From Actinomycetota bacterium (lineage in GTDB: Bacteria > Actinomycetota > Actinomycetes > Actinomycetales > Microbacteriaceae), in NCBI GenBank assembly GCA_041158865.1, contig JBEBAN010000002.1, positions 2,471 to 66,470 of the forward strand: DNA of 64,000 bases, read 5' to 3'. Position numbers and translations under genes: made by a program. The notes under the pieces are model-generated. The model did no database searches, was not told the DNA's origin, and worked only from the letters and a program-made list of their open reading frames with translations. Shown here in pieces: positions 40,460-50,607 of the stretch (positions are counted from its first letter, which is position 1; each line of letters starts with the position of its first letter).

Positions 40460-41089
40460 CTCCAGCGATTCGCCTGGTATGAGGTAGCTGAAGTCACCAC
40501 TGTGTTCTTCGGTTACTTGCTTGATGCGGTTGTTGTTTAGTTGGTTGCCTTGATCGCTCAGGTGAATGTTATGTGTTGGGAAGACCGATTCCGGCTTTAC
40601 CTCTGAGATGAAGTCCATGACGTCGCCGATCTTCAGCCAAGGAGCGCTGGCTGGGCAGGCGAGGGTCTTCACCTTGCGGTCTGGCTTGGTGTAGCTGTCG
40701 CCAGGGTAGTAGAGGGTGTCGTTGATCATTACGCCGCAGTTCTGAATGAGCGGAATGCTGCGGTGGATTTCGATGTGCATGTCGCCAAAGAATTCCGCGG
40801 TGAAAGAGCCAAGTTTGTAGAAGTCTCCGTGGTGAACAGCTTTCGCGTTTTTGTCGACTAAGCGATTCGCGACTTCTTCGGTTCCCAGAATCACTGCGTT
40901 GGGGTTGTCTTTGAGGATGCGGTCAATTTGTTCTTCGTGAACGTGGTCGTCGTGGTTGTGAGTAATGACAATTCCTACGACGTTCTGGTAGCCGTCCATT
41001 GGTCTGGTGTAGAAGCCCGGGTCGAGGATCAGGGTTTCGCCGTTTTGCTCTAGAACCAGGGTGGCGTGTTCAAGTTTTGTGACCTTCAT
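40454..41089 (-). CDS. MBL-fold metallo-hydrolase
   Basis: MKVTKLEHA, ILDPG, ITHNHDDH, YYPGDS, PTH. Confidence 0.9.
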   Translation of the reverse strand: MKVTKLEHATLVLEQNGETLILDPGFYTRPMDGYQNVVGIVITHNHDDHVHEEQIDRILKDNPNAVILGTEEVANRLVDKNAKAVHHGDFYKLGSFTAEFFGDMHIEIHRSIPLIQNCGVMINDTLYYPGDSYTKPDRKVKTLACPASAPWLKIGDVMDFISEVKPESVFPTHNIHLSDQGNQLNNNRIKQVTEEHSGDFSYLIPGESLEL

Positions 41090-41130
41090 AGATTCCATCT
41101 TGCCAACCCTGCGTAGAATTTGGTTTACCT

Positions 41131-43026
41131 ATGAAAAACTCTTCCAAACTCTGGCTCAGCGCCGCCCTGATTGCCACGCTGGCACTTGGGTATTTGCTCG
41201 CCGTGATGTTTGGCAGTTTGGCGTCTGTAGATGTTCTTTATGACTTCATAGTTTTGGGTGTTGGGCTGCTAGCAACCTATCCGTTGTGGTTCACCTCGTT
41301 CGGTGCCAACCGCTGGCCACAATCTTTACTTTCTTTGGTTGCGCTGGTTATGACTTATGGCGTGGTGGTCATCGAGCAGAATCCTGCAAATTTCTGGCAG
41401 CCGGTTGCCATGACCTTGATGGTTGCCACAAGCGGCCTACTGGTTGTTCGCCAGGTCCGTTTTGTTAATTCCAAGCGCAAGCAACTTTCACAATTAGTGC
41501 CAGCGAATGCGTCGGTGATTGACGGGATGGAAATTGATCACGTAACCTCGGCTGAGCTAGAAGTTGGCCAGGTCGTCTTGGTTAGACCCGGAAATGTGAT
41601 TCCTTGTGATGGGTATGTGATCCAAGGTCACTCGCGCGTTGACCAGTTCGAAATCACTGGGGAAACTGGCATCCTCAAGGGGCCAGGCGACTGGGTGTTG
41701 GCAGGAAGTCTCAACATTGCGGACAAGTCTGCGGAGAGTTCGGCGTTGACCATTCGCGTGGCAGCGGTTCGTGAAAACTTGCTGGTGCGAGTTCTAGACG
41801 AATCGCAGGAGTTGGAGCACGACACAGAAGGTAGATTTAGCCGCCTTGCTCGGATTTCTTCATCAACCTTGACGATTGCCGCCATGGCAGCGGCACTCAT
41901 AGTTGCCGGTTTACACATGGTTCTAATTGGCGATTATGTGAATTCGGTTTCTATCGGCGCTGGTGTTCTGCTCAGTGCACAACTCTCAGTGATTTCCTTT
42001 ACGCTGCCACTCGCGCAGACTGCAACCTCATTGAAGTCAAGGGCACTCGGATTCGTGGTTCACACGCGTGTGGCCTTTGAGAAGCTTTCAAAGCTGACCC
42101 ACGTTGTTTTTATCAAGACCGGAGTTCTGACCGAAGGGTATAGCAAGGTTGGCAAGATCCACCTGGCTAGGAACACCTCGATCGGCAGCGAAGACGAACT
42201 TCTCGCGCTCGCGGCTGCGGTTGAGTTGGGCACCAGTCACGAGCTTGGCCACTTGATTATCGAGGAAGCTGCCAGAAGGGGTCTTGAGCTTCCGCAGGTT
42301 CAAGACATTGCCCCACTACCTGGGCTTGGCGTCTCGGCAACATTCGACGGCTCGTTGGTTCGGGTGGGTAACGCCGGAATGGTGAATGTCACCGGTGTGA
42401 ACATGAACCCATACGACCTATTCATGGTCTCTTCCGCCTATTCGGACATGAAGAGCATCGTGTTCGTATCCTTGGACGAATTGCTGGTTGGCTACATCGA
42501 GTTCCCTGACCGTATTCGTGAGACCGCGATGCCGTCCATTGTTTCGATCAGTGCCAAGCACCCGATCACGATTCTTTCTGGCGATGCCACTGCAGTAGTG
42601 GAGAAGGTAACTAACGAGTTGGGTCTCAGCGATTACGCAGCCGAGGTGCTTTCCACTCGCAAAGCCGACTGGGTCAAGGAACGACGCGGTGCCGGAGCTG
42701 GGTTGCTGGTCATCGGTGATCGCCGTTATGACTCCGAAGCGCTCGCCGAGGCCGATGTTGCAATCGCGTTCGGCGCAGGGCATGACATTCATCAGGCTTC
42801 GAGTGAAATTGTTCAGATTTCGCATGATCCATTGGCTACTGCTCGCCTCATAAAACTCTCGAGGGTTGCCAGCGCGAGAACACTTGGAAACATCATCGCT
42901 GGTCTTGGCTTATCGGTTGGCTTGGCCGTCGCCGCCGGTTTAGGTGTGAACCCGGTCATCGTGGTGGCCGCCGGCTCCCTGGTCTCTTGGGTTCTGCTTG
43001 CTCGAATCTCGAGGCTGGCAAATTGA
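41131..43026 (+). CDS. P1B-type ATPase homologue with degenerate catalytic motifs
   Basis: Actuator V.PG..IP.DG.V..G.S.VD...ITGET; IKTGVLTEG in place of DKTGTLT.G; LSGD; IGDRRYDSEALAEADVAIA. Confidence 0.85.
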   Translation: MKNSSKLWLSAALIATLALGYLLAVMFGSLASVDVLYDFIVLGVGLLATYPLWFTSFGANRWPQSLLSLVALVMTYGVVVIEQNPANFWQPVAMTLMVATSGLLVVRQVRFVNSKRKQLSQLVPANASVIDGMEIDHVTSAELEVGQVVLVRPGNVIPCDGYVIQGHSRVDQFEITGETGILKGPGDWVLAGSLNIADKSAESSALTIRVAAVRENLLVRVLDESQELEHDTEGRFSRLARISSSTLTIAAMAAALIVAGLHMVLIGDYVNSVSIGAGVLLSAQLSVISFTLPLAQTATSLKSRALGFVVHTRVAFEKLSKLTHVVFIKTGVLTEGYSKVGKIHLARNTSIGSEDELLALAAAVELGTSHELGHLIIEEAARRGLELPQVQDIAPLPGLGVSATFDGSLVRVGNAGMVNVTGVNMNPYDLFMVSSAYSDMKSIVFVSLDELLVGYIEFPDRIRETAMPSIVSISAKHPITILSGDATAVVEKVTNELGLSDYAAEVLSTRKADWVKERRGAGAGLLVIGDRRYDSEALAEADVAIAFGAGHDIHQASSEIVQISHDPLATARLIKLSRVASARTLGNIIAGLGLSVGLAVAAGLGVNPVIVVAAGSLVSWVLLARISRLAN

Positions 43027-43934
43027 CCACCTTTGGCGTGATTCTCAACCCAACCTCGGGTAAGGGTAAGGGCGCCGCACTCGGAGCCGCTTACGTTTCA
43101 GAGCTTCAGGCGCTAGGTGTCACTGTGGTAGACCTAACCGGACGTGATTGGGTTGAGGCTGAGAGCAACGGGCGCAAGGCCATCGCCGCTGGAAAGCTGG
43201 ACGCGCTCGCGGTTGCCGGCGGCGACGGCATGATGCACTTGGGCGTGAACATCTGCGGTGGCACAGGGGTTCCGCTGGCGCTTATGCCTTGCGGTACCGG
43301 AAATGATGCGGCGCTGGCGCTCGGGGTTCCGATTGATGACGCTAAGGCTGCAGCGGAATTGGCAGTAGGTTCATTGGGCAGCCCACGCCAAGTCGATTTG
43401 GGGCTGGGCATTACCGAGACCCGTCGCTTTTATTTCTTCAATTCGGCTTCGGCCGGGTTTGATGCAATCGTCAATCGTCGGGCTAATCGAATGAAGTTCC
43501 CGAAAGGGCCATCGCGCTACACCGTGGCGATGCTTTTAGAGTTGGTAAGTTTCAACGCGCTGAAGTATCGAGCCAAGGTAAACGGCAAAGATCGCGAGAT
43601 CGAGGGCATGCTCTGTGCTGTGGCTAACGGGCCGTCCTATGGCGGTGGCATGTTTGTGGCGCCGGAAGCAACTGTTGACGACGGGCTTCTGGATCTATTC
43701 ATCGTCCATAAGATTTCAAAGCCAGAGCTAGTCAAGGTTTTCCCAAAGGTTTTCACCGGCGAGCATGTTTCTCACCCAGCTGTTGAGATTGTGCGGGCAA
43801 CCGAGGTAACCCTGATTTCTTCTGGTGTCCCGGTCTATGCGGATGGAGAGCCTGCTGGGATGTTGCCGATGACAGTTTCGATTGCACCGAAGTCTCTAAA
43901 AGTATTGGCGAGCAGACCCAACTCTGTGGCATAA
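43023..43934 (+). CDS. Diacylglycerol kinase family (YegS/BmrU-like) lipid kinase
   Basis: NPTSGKG, AGGDG, PCGTGND.A, NGPSYGGG, YADGE; TTG overlaps upstream TGA. Confidence 0.9.
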   Translation: MTTFGVILNPTSGKGKGAALGAAYVSELQALGVTVVDLTGRDWVEAESNGRKAIAAGKLDALAVAGGDGMMHLGVNICGGTGVPLALMPCGTGNDAALALGVPIDDAKAAAELAVGSLGSPRQVDLGLGITETRRFYFFNSASAGFDAIVNRRANRMKFPKGPSRYTVAMLLELVSFNALKYRAKVNGKDREIEGMLCAVANGPSYGGGMFVAPEATVDDGLLDLFIVHKISKPELVKVFPKVFTGEHVSHPAVEIVRATEVTLISSGVPVYADGEPAGMLPMTVSIAPKSLKVLASRPNSVA

Positions 43935-43952
43935 TCGAAAGGTTGACTAAAC

Positions 43953-44025
43953 GGCCCCATCGTTTAGCGGCCTAGGACGCCGCCCTCTCACGGCGGTAGC
44001 GCGGGTTCAAATCCCGCTGGGGTCA
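43953..44025 (+). tRNA. tRNA-Glu (anticodon CTC)
   Basis: Acceptor GGCCCCA/TGGGGTC, anticodon arm CCGCC-CTCTCAC-GGCGG, T arm GCGGG-TTCAAAT-CCCGC. Confidence 0.96.
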
Positions 44026-44030
44026 CGAAT

Positions 44031-44070
44031 CTCCCTCCCGATGAATTATCTCGGGAGGGAGTTTTTTTAT
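44031..44070 (+). terminator. Intrinsic terminator after tRNA-Glu
   Basis: CTCCCTCCCGA...TCGGGAGGGAG followed by TTTTTTT. Confidence 0.9.
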
Positions 44071-44213
44071 TATCAAACAATGTCCTTTGTAACGCTCTGG
44101 TTAATTCATTGCCGGATATCGGTGTTGCGCCTAGTTACGAACAATTACGGGGCTAGTCTGTAAGAGGACAGGCGACAACAGCGTCTCCTGCTACGTAAGA
44201 AGGAAGTAATTAA

Positions 44214-45263
44214 GTGAACAAGATTTCACGTAACACTCTGAAGGCTGCTGCACTGGCAACAGTTGCCACCTTCATCCTGGCTGGTTGTGCACCTGCCAAG
44301 GTTGTACCATCGCTTGACTACAAGGCTTGCGCTGTTTCCGATGAGGGAAGCTGGAACGACAAGTCATTCAACGAGTCTGTAATGGACGGTCTAAAGAAGT
44401 CGAAGACTGAGCTAGGCGTAAAGATCGCTGACGCTGAGTCGAACAGCTCGGAAGACTTCGCTCCAAACCTACAGGCTATGGTTACCGAGAAGTGCGACGT
44501 TATCTTCGCTGTCGGTTTCAACCTAGTAGCTCCTGTAAACGAGGCTGCTAAGGCTAACCCAGACATGAAGTTCGTCACCATCGACGGCTGGTCGGAAGGC
44601 AACGCCAACCTAAAGGCTGTTAACTACGCAATGGCTGAGTCGAGCTACCTAGCTGGTTACCTAGCTGCTGCTTACTCGACCACCAAGGTAGTTGGTACCT
44701 ACGGTGGTATGCAGATCGATGCAGTTACCGCATTCATGGATGGTTTCTACTACGGTGCTAAGGCATGGGAAAAGGAAACCGGAACCGCAGTTAAGGTTCT
44801 AGGTTGGGACCCAGTTAAGAAGACTGGTGACTTCATGGGTGACTTCACCCCAAACAGCGGTGTATCGAAGACCATCGCAGCAAACCAGGTAAAGGGTGGC
44901 GCTGACGTTATCCTTCCAGTTGCTGGTGACCAGTTCGGTGCTGTTTCGGAAGCCATCAAGGAAGCCGGTGTAAACGGTGTAATGATCGGTGTTGACAAGA
45001 ACATCGCTGTTACCTCGCCACAGTACGCTGACATGGTTCTAACCTCGGTTGAGAAGCGCATGACCAACGCTGTTTACGACATCATCAAGCTGTCGGCAGT
45101 GGACAAGGGTGAGATCGCTGACTACCTAGGAAACCTAAAGAACGGTGGAACCGCACTTTCTGACTTCGGTGCTTTTGACAGCAAGATCTCGGCTGAGACC
45201 AAGGCTGGCCTAAAGAAGCTAGAAGAAGGAATCATCGCGGGAACCATTAACCCACTTCAGTAA
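44214..45263 (+). CDS. BMP-family ABC transporter substrate-binding lipoprotein (nucleoside type)
   Basis: Lipobox LAGC; SDEGSWNDKSFNES; GADVILPVAG, IGVD, LTSVEK. Confidence 0.92.
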   Translation: MNKISRNTLKAAALATVATFILAGCAPAKVVPSLDYKACAVSDEGSWNDKSFNESVMDGLKKSKTELGVKIADAESNSSEDFAPNLQAMVTEKCDVIFAVGFNLVAPVNEAAKANPDMKFVTIDGWSEGNANLKAVNYAMAESSYLAGYLAAAYSTTKVVGTYGGMQIDAVTAFMDGFYYGAKAWEKETGTAVKVLGWDPVKKTGDFMGDFTPNSGVSKTIAANQVKGGADVILPVAGDQFGAVSEAIKEAGVNGVMIGVDKNIAVTSPQYADMVLTSVEKRMTNAVYDIIKLSAVDKGEIADYLGNLKNGGTALSDFGAFDSKISAETKAGLKKLEEGIIAGTINPLQ

Positions 45264-45273
45264 TTCCTGAAAT

Positions 45274-45309
45274 CGAGGGCCGCCGGGGAGAAATTCTCGG
45301 CGGCTTTCG
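45274..45309 (+). terminator. Intercistronic stem-loop after the BMP gene (attenuator or mRNA stabiliser)
   Basis: CGAGGGCCGCCGGGGA-GAAA-TTCTCGGCGGCTTTCG with G-U pairs, followed by GCATTTTT. Confidence 0.6.
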
Positions 45310-45380
45310 GCATTTTTGAGGCAAAGTTTCGGTTAGATTTTGTATAAGGGCCTAATAGGCCTGCTTAGGAGTTTGAAGCA

Positions 45381-46886
45381 ATGAAGCTTGAGTTGCGTGG
45401 CATCACCAAACGCTTCGGTTCGTTGGTTGCCAACGACAAGATAAGTCTTGTGGTTCAGTCTGGCGAGATTCGTAGTTTGCTCGGCGAGAACGGTGCCGGT
45501 AAGTCCACTCTCATGAACGTTCTCTACGGTCTATACACCGCAGACGAAGGTGAAATTCTGCTTGATGACCAGGTCCAGAAGTTCACCGGCCCTGGCGATG
45601 CCATGGCTGCCGGTATCGGTATGGTTCACCAACACTTCATGCTGATCCCTGTGTTCACTGTGGCCGAAAACGTCGTCCTTGGAAACGAACCGGTAAACGG
45701 AATCGGTGCTCTCAACCTCGACGAAGCAAGAGTTCGCGTTCGCGAAATCTCCGACCGCTTCGGTTTCAATGTAGATCCAGACGCGCTCGTCCAAGACCTT
45801 CCGGTTGGCGTTCAGCAGCGTGTGGAGATCATCAAGGCTCTCACTCGAAACGCCAAGGTTTTGGTTCTCGACGAACCAACTGCGGTGCTCACCCCGCAAG
45901 AGACCGACGAACTGATGGCAATCATGCGTCAGCTGGCACAGACCGGAACGTCGATTATTTTCATCACTCACAAACTTCGTGAGGTTCAAGAGGTTGCCGA
46001 CAAGATCACCGTGATTCGTCAGGGCGCCGTGGTTGGAGAGGCAAAGCCCTCCGACTCGGCTGAGAAGTTGGCGTCGCTCATGGTTGGTCGCGAGGTGGAC
46101 CTGAAGGTCGATAAGAAGAAACAGAGCCTAGGCCAAGCAGTGATCACAGTTGAAAACCTTTCGGTTCTTGACGACCGTCAGCAGCGCGCAGTAGACAACA
46201 TTTCGTTTGAAGTACGTGCTGGCGAAGTTCTTGCCATCGCTGGAGTCCAGGGCAACGGACAGACCGAGCTGGCGGAAGCCCTGCTTGGTCTGCGAAGTGC
46301 GATCAAGGGCAGTGGTTCGGTGACCCTTGCGGGCAGTGACCTCGGCGGCAAGTCGGTTCGCAAGCGCCTCGAAGCGGGTATCGCTTACGTACCAGAAGAC
46401 CGAAAGAAAGACGGACTCGTTTCGCAGTTCTCGATTGCCGAAAACTTCATGCTCAACGGTTCCTTTACGGCTCCTTATGCCAAGGGAATTAACATCGATT
46501 TCATAAAGCGCGACGAACTAGCCGATGACCTAATTAAGCGCTTCGACGTTCGTACGCAGTCCAAGAACACCCTGGCTGGCAAACTTTCCGGCGGTAACCA
46601 GCAGAAGGTGGTAGTTGCCCGTGAGCTGAGCCGTGAATGCAAGCTGCTGATTGCGGCTCAGCCAACCCGTGGTGTTGACGTTGGTTCGATTGAGTTCATC
46701 CATGAGCAGATCGTCGCCGAGCGTGACGCCGGTCGTGCGGTAATCCTGATCTCTACGGAACTCGATGAAGTGCTGGCGCTGGCAGACCGTATCGCGGTTA
46801 TGTATCGCGGCAAGATCGTTGGAATTGTAGACGCCGGAACCAGCCGAGAGAAGCTGGGCAAGATGATGGCAGGTATCGCAGCATGA
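45381..46886 (+). CDS. Nucleoside/sugar ABC transporter ATP-binding protein (two NBDs)
   Basis: GENGAGKST, IGMVHQHF, LSGGNQQK, QPTRGVD. Confidence 0.94.
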   Translation: MKLELRGITKRFGSLVANDKISLVVQSGEIRSLLGENGAGKSTLMNVLYGLYTADEGEILLDDQVQKFTGPGDAMAAGIGMVHQHFMLIPVFTVAENVVLGNEPVNGIGALNLDEARVRVREISDRFGFNVDPDALVQDLPVGVQQRVEIIKALTRNAKVLVLDEPTAVLTPQETDELMAIMRQLAQTGTSIIFITHKLREVQEVADKITVIRQGAVVGEAKPSDSAEKLASLMVGREVDLKVDKKKQSLGQAVITVENLSVLDDRQQRAVDNISFEVRAGEVLAIAGVQGNGQTELAEALLGLRSAIKGSGSVTLAGSDLGGKSVRKRLEAGIAYVPEDRKKDGLVSQFSIAENFMLNGSFTAPYAKGINIDFIKRDELADDLIKRFDVRTQSKNTLAGKLSGGNQQKVVVARELSRECKLLIAAQPTRGVDVGSIEFIHEQIVAERDAGRAVILISTELDEVLALADRIAVMYRGKIVGIVDAGTSREKLGKMMAGIAA

Positions 46887-48043
46887 GTAAGACCAACCAA
46901 ATCATCAAAGACATTATGTCGGCCAGCCCGATGCGTGTCTTCCTCTCGGTCGTCCTAGGTTTCGTAATCGGTTCGATCTTCATGGCAGTTTTCAATGAAG
47001 ACGTCGTGGCTTCCTACGAGTACTTCTTCTCGGCTCCTGGCTACACTTTCCAGATCGCTTTCCAGACCATCTGGGACGGCTACGCGGCGCTGTTCAAGGG
47101 TGCGATTTTCAACTTCGAGGCCACCGATTCGGTTGACATGTTCCGCCCGATCACCGAAACCCTTCGCCTCTCGGCTCCGCTGATCATGGCCGGTCTAGGT
47201 GTCGCTCTCGGTTTCCGAGTTGGCCTATTCAACGTGGGTGGAACCGGCCAGCTGGTCATGGGTCTGCTCGGCGCCACCTGGGTTTCGACTCGCATGGAAT
47301 TGCCTTACGGTCTGCACATGGTTGTTGCGCTAATCGTCGCTGTTGTACTTTCCGGTTTGACCGGTGGACTGGTTGGCTTCCTGAAGGCCAAGACCGGTGC
47401 TCACGAGGTAATCGTGACCATCATGATGAACTACATCGCGGTTGACCTGTTCACCTACTTCCTTCGCACCCCAAGTCTTTTGCTTGAAACCGATGGGCCC
47501 GGAAACCCAAAGTCTGACGCACCCGCGCTTACCGCTCAATTCCCGAGACTGCTCGGTGAAGAGTTCAAGATCAACATCGGAATCCTGCTAGCGATTGCTG
47601 CGGCGGTTGTGTACTGGTGGCTAATGGAGCGTTCGACCATCGGTTACCGTTTCCGCATGGTTGGCTTCAACGCCAACGCAGCCAAGGCTTCAGGTATCAA
47701 CGTAAACCGCACCTACGTGTGGGCAATGGCCGCATCGGCTGCTTTCATCGGCTTGGCAGCAGCCAACCAGGGGCTAGGCGAGACTTCCGGTCTTACCTCG
47801 AGTATTCACGCCAACATCGGTTTTGACGCCATCACGGTCGCCTTGCTGGGCGGTTCGAAGGCCAGAGGCGTGGTTATTGCAGGTCTCGTGTTTGGCGCCT
47901 TCAAGGCAGGTTCTGCAACCATGCAGATCACCGGTGTTTCACCTGAGGTGCTCGGCATCATCGAAGCGCTTATCGTGCTCTTCATTGCCGCACCGCCACT
48001 GATCCGAGCGATCTTCCGTCTACCTAGCCCTAAGGAACAGTAA
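46883..48043 (+). CDS. ABC transporter permease
   Basis: FRVGLFNVGGTGQ, GAHEVIVTIM, GFDAITVALLG. Confidence 0.92.
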   Translation: MSKTNQIIKDIMSASPMRVFLSVVLGFVIGSIFMAVFNEDVVASYEYFFSAPGYTFQIAFQTIWDGYAALFKGAIFNFEATDSVDMFRPITETLRLSAPLIMAGLGVALGFRVGLFNVGGTGQLVMGLLGATWVSTRMELPYGLHMVVALIVAVVLSGLTGGLVGFLKAKTGAHEVIVTIMMNYIAVDLFTYFLRTPSLLLETDGPGNPKSDAPALTAQFPRLLGEEFKINIGILLAIAAAVVYWWLMERSTIGYRFRMVGFNANAAKASGINVNRTYVWAMAASAAFIGLAAANQGLGETSGLTSSIHANIGFDAITVALLGGSKARGVVIAGLVFGAFKAGSATMQITGVSPEVLGIIEALIVLFIAAPPLIRAIFRLPSPKEQ

Positions 48044-49317
48044 TGGCTAAGACAAAAGTTACCCCAGGTATGTTCTCGCAGGTAGAGGTGGCTCCAAGTT
48101 GGAAGACCCCTATCGTCTACGCGTTCTTCTCGCTGCTGGTCACATTCGTGTTCGGTGTAACCGGGCCATCCGGTGATGTTTCGTTCGAACTTGCGAGCAA
48201 GACCGATTTCGTGCAGCTACCAAACTTTGTAATTTCGGCATCGGCTCTCAACGTTGGCCTAGGCATTGTGATGATGCTCATTGCAGCCGTGTCGGCAGCG
48301 CTTACCTTCATGAAGAAGAAGACTCCGCAGTGGCTGTCGCTCGTGCTTGGGCTTCTCGGTGCTACCGGGCTACTCGGTTGGTTGGCTTCGGGTAACACGG
48401 TTCCGGTCGCCTTTATTTTCGGTTCGGCAGTCGTTCTGGCTGTGCCAATCATTCTTGGCGCTCTCGGTGGTTTGATGTCCGAGCGCGTTGGTGTGGTAAA
48501 CATCGGTATTGAGGGTCAGCTACTGACCGGTGCCTTCATGGCCGCAGTGGTTGGAACGATTACGCACAACCTCTGGATTGGTTTAATTGCAGCGATGGTT
48601 GCTGCCGCAATTCTCTCGATGGCATTGGCGTCGCTGGCGATTACCTACCTGGTTGATCAGATCATCATCGGTGTGCTGATCAACGTGCTTGTAATCGGTG
48701 TCACCAACTTCCTCTACTCGCAGTGGCTTGCCGATGCCGGTGAAGAAGTTAACTTCCCTGGCACATTCGACATCGTTGCGATTCCAGTGCTGTCGCAGAT
48801 TCCGATCATTGGCCCTGCAATGTTCACCACTCGCATTACGGTCTACCTGACCTACATCTTGGTTCCGCTGGTTTGGTTCGTACTGTTCCGCACCAAGCTG
48901 GGTCTTCGAGCCCGTGCCGTAGGTGAGCACCCAACCGCTGCCGACACCGTTGGCATCAACGTTGGACGCACTCGCTTCTGGTGGGTAACCATCGGTGGAG
49001 CCATCGCCGGTCTCGGTGGTGCGGCTCTGACCATTGGAAACGTGGGTGCTTTCGGGCGTGAGATGTCTGGTGGTCTCGGATTTATCGCACTGGCCGTGGT
49101 GATCCTTGGCCGCTGGCAGCCGTTCTATGTTTCGGCAGCCGCGCTGCTCTTCGGCTTTGCGATCATCCTGCGTGTCTGGGCTAACTCGGTAAACCCTGGT
49201 ATTCCAACCGACTTCATCACCATGGTCCCTTACCTGGTGACCTTGGTTGCAGTTGCGGGATTCGCCGGCAAGGTTCGACCACCAGCCGCATCCGGTCAGC
49301 CTTATATCAAGGGCTAG
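48043..49317 (+). CDS. ABC transporter permease
   Basis: SERVGVVNIGIEG, RAVGEHP.AADTVGI, GFIALAVVILGRW. Confidence 0.92.
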   Translation: MAKTKVTPGMFSQVEVAPSWKTPIVYAFFSLLVTFVFGVTGPSGDVSFELASKTDFVQLPNFVISASALNVGLGIVMMLIAAVSAALTFMKKKTPQWLSLVLGLLGATGLLGWLASGNTVPVAFIFGSAVVLAVPIILGALGGLMSERVGVVNIGIEGQLLTGAFMAAVVGTITHNLWIGLIAAMVAAAILSMALASLAITYLVDQIIIGVLINVLVIGVTNFLYSQWLADAGEEVNFPGTFDIVAIPVLSQIPIIGPAMFTTRITVYLTYILVPLVWFVLFRTKLGLRARAVGEHPTAADTVGINVGRTRFWWVTIGGAIAGLGGAALTIGNVGAFGREMSGGLGFIALAVVILGRWQPFYVSAAALLFGFAIILRVWANSVNPGIPTDFITMVPYLVTLVAVAGFAGKVRPPAASGQPYIKG

Positions 49318-50547
49318 TTACTGCTTTCTAAGCAGGGTGATTCCGCTGGTGATGATCACGATACTTACCGGAATCAGCGCCACATAGTTGAGGCCTGAGA
49401 AGGCAACCGCGGCCAGAATGGTGCCGGCGATGCCGCCACCAAATGCTCCGGCAAATTGCATACTCGAGTCGCTGACGCCCTGAACGCCAACCTTGTCGGC
49501 AGGCGGGAGTGTGGCGGTAAGGAGCGCTGCACCCGAAACCGTGGACGCACTCCAACCCAAGCCCAGTAGGAAAAGCCCTAGGGTGATCTGCTGGTGGCTG
49601 TGGCCAGAGGTAGCTGCAACCACCAGAGCTGCGATGTAAATCACCTGACCGATGAGTACGGTTTGAATCTGTCCCAACTTGTCGGCGAGGATTCCAAAGA
49701 TTGGGGAAAACGCATACATTCCGGCGATGTGGAGCGAAATTACAAACCCAACTAGGACGAGATCGGCGCCGTCGTGCTTCATGTGAACCGGAGTCATCGA
49801 CATCACCGAAACCATGACCATGTGGGCTAGGGCGATGGTTGAAACCGCATAGGCAGCCTTTGGGTAGGCGCGCAGAATTTTGAATGCGGTGGCAATCGAA
49901 GCCTTCGGCTTGAGGGCGCTTTTATTGGTCAGTTCCTGAGCGACCTTCAGTGGATCTGGCCTCAGTCCGAAGAAGAAAACCGAAGAAGCCAACATTTGAG
50001 CCACGATCGTGATGGCGAATGGGCCGGTCATGGTTGGCATGCCCAGCCAGTGCCCAATGACTTCACCAGGTCCGAACAGGTTCGGGCCGATTACGGCTCC
50101 AACCGTGGTTGCCCAAACCACCAGTGCCAGGTCGCGACCGGTTCTGCCGGTATCTGGCAGGTCGGTTGCTGCGAAGCGAGCCTGAAGACCTACCGCTGAA
50201 CCTGCCCCCATCAAGAAGAGCGCCAATAGCAATAACGGGAAGATTCGAGTGTTGGCTGCCGTAATCACAAGCAGTGCTCCGCTGATGGCGATGAATGCGC
50301 CGATTGCCAGCGAGATTCGTCGTCCTAGTTTGTTTGCCACTCTGGCCAGGGGAATGGCTGAAAATGCAGCGCCCAAAGTTGAGAAGGTTGCCGCCGCGCC
50401 AGACCAGGTCTCGGTACCCGAAAGATCCGCAGCCAAAAGGGCTCCGATAGAAAGAGTCGACCCCAGACCAAAGCCAGAAAGCACCTGTCCAAAAGCCAAA
50501 ACTCGAACAGTGCGTTTTTGTAAAGCCGAAAGCTGTGTTGCATCCAC
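49318..50547 (-). CDS. MFS transporter
   Basis: About 12 TMs; LGRRISL, QARFAATDL, HIAGMYAFSP.FG.LADKLG. Confidence 0.88.
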   Translation of the reverse strand: MDATQLSALQKRTVRVLAFGQVLSGFGLGSTLSIGALLAADLSGTETWSGAAATFSTLGAAFSAIPLARVANKLGRRISLAIGAFIAISGALLVITAANTRIFPLLLLALFLMGAGSAVGLQARFAATDLPDTGRTGRDLALVVWATTVGAVIGPNLFGPGEVIGHWLGMPTMTGPFAITIVAQMLASSVFFFGLRPDPLKVAQELTNKSALKPKASIATAFKILRAYPKAAYAVSTIALAHMVMVSVMSMTPVHMKHDGADLVLVGFVISLHIAGMYAFSPIFGILADKLGQIQTVLIGQVIYIAALVVAATSGHSHQQITLGLFLLGLGWSASTVSGAALLTATLPPADKVGVQGVSDSSMQFAGAFGGGIAGTILAAVAFSGLNYVALIPVSIVIITSGITLLRKQ

Positions 50548-50607
50548 CCCGCCAGACTACTGCCTGTTGGGTAAACTTGAGGTTCCCCCAGTATTCGTAA
50601 GGTGTTG

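Noticed and set aside
39990-44025. Integrative element between tRNA-Gln and tRNA-Glu
   Set aside because: No integrase and no duplicated tRNA 3' end (att repeat) seen
44071-44213. Possible purine riboswitch upstream of the nucleoside ABC operon
   Set aside because: No recognisable aptamer consensus; only a -10 (TAGTCT), a short imperfect hairpin and an RBS are visible. An Rfam scan would be decisive
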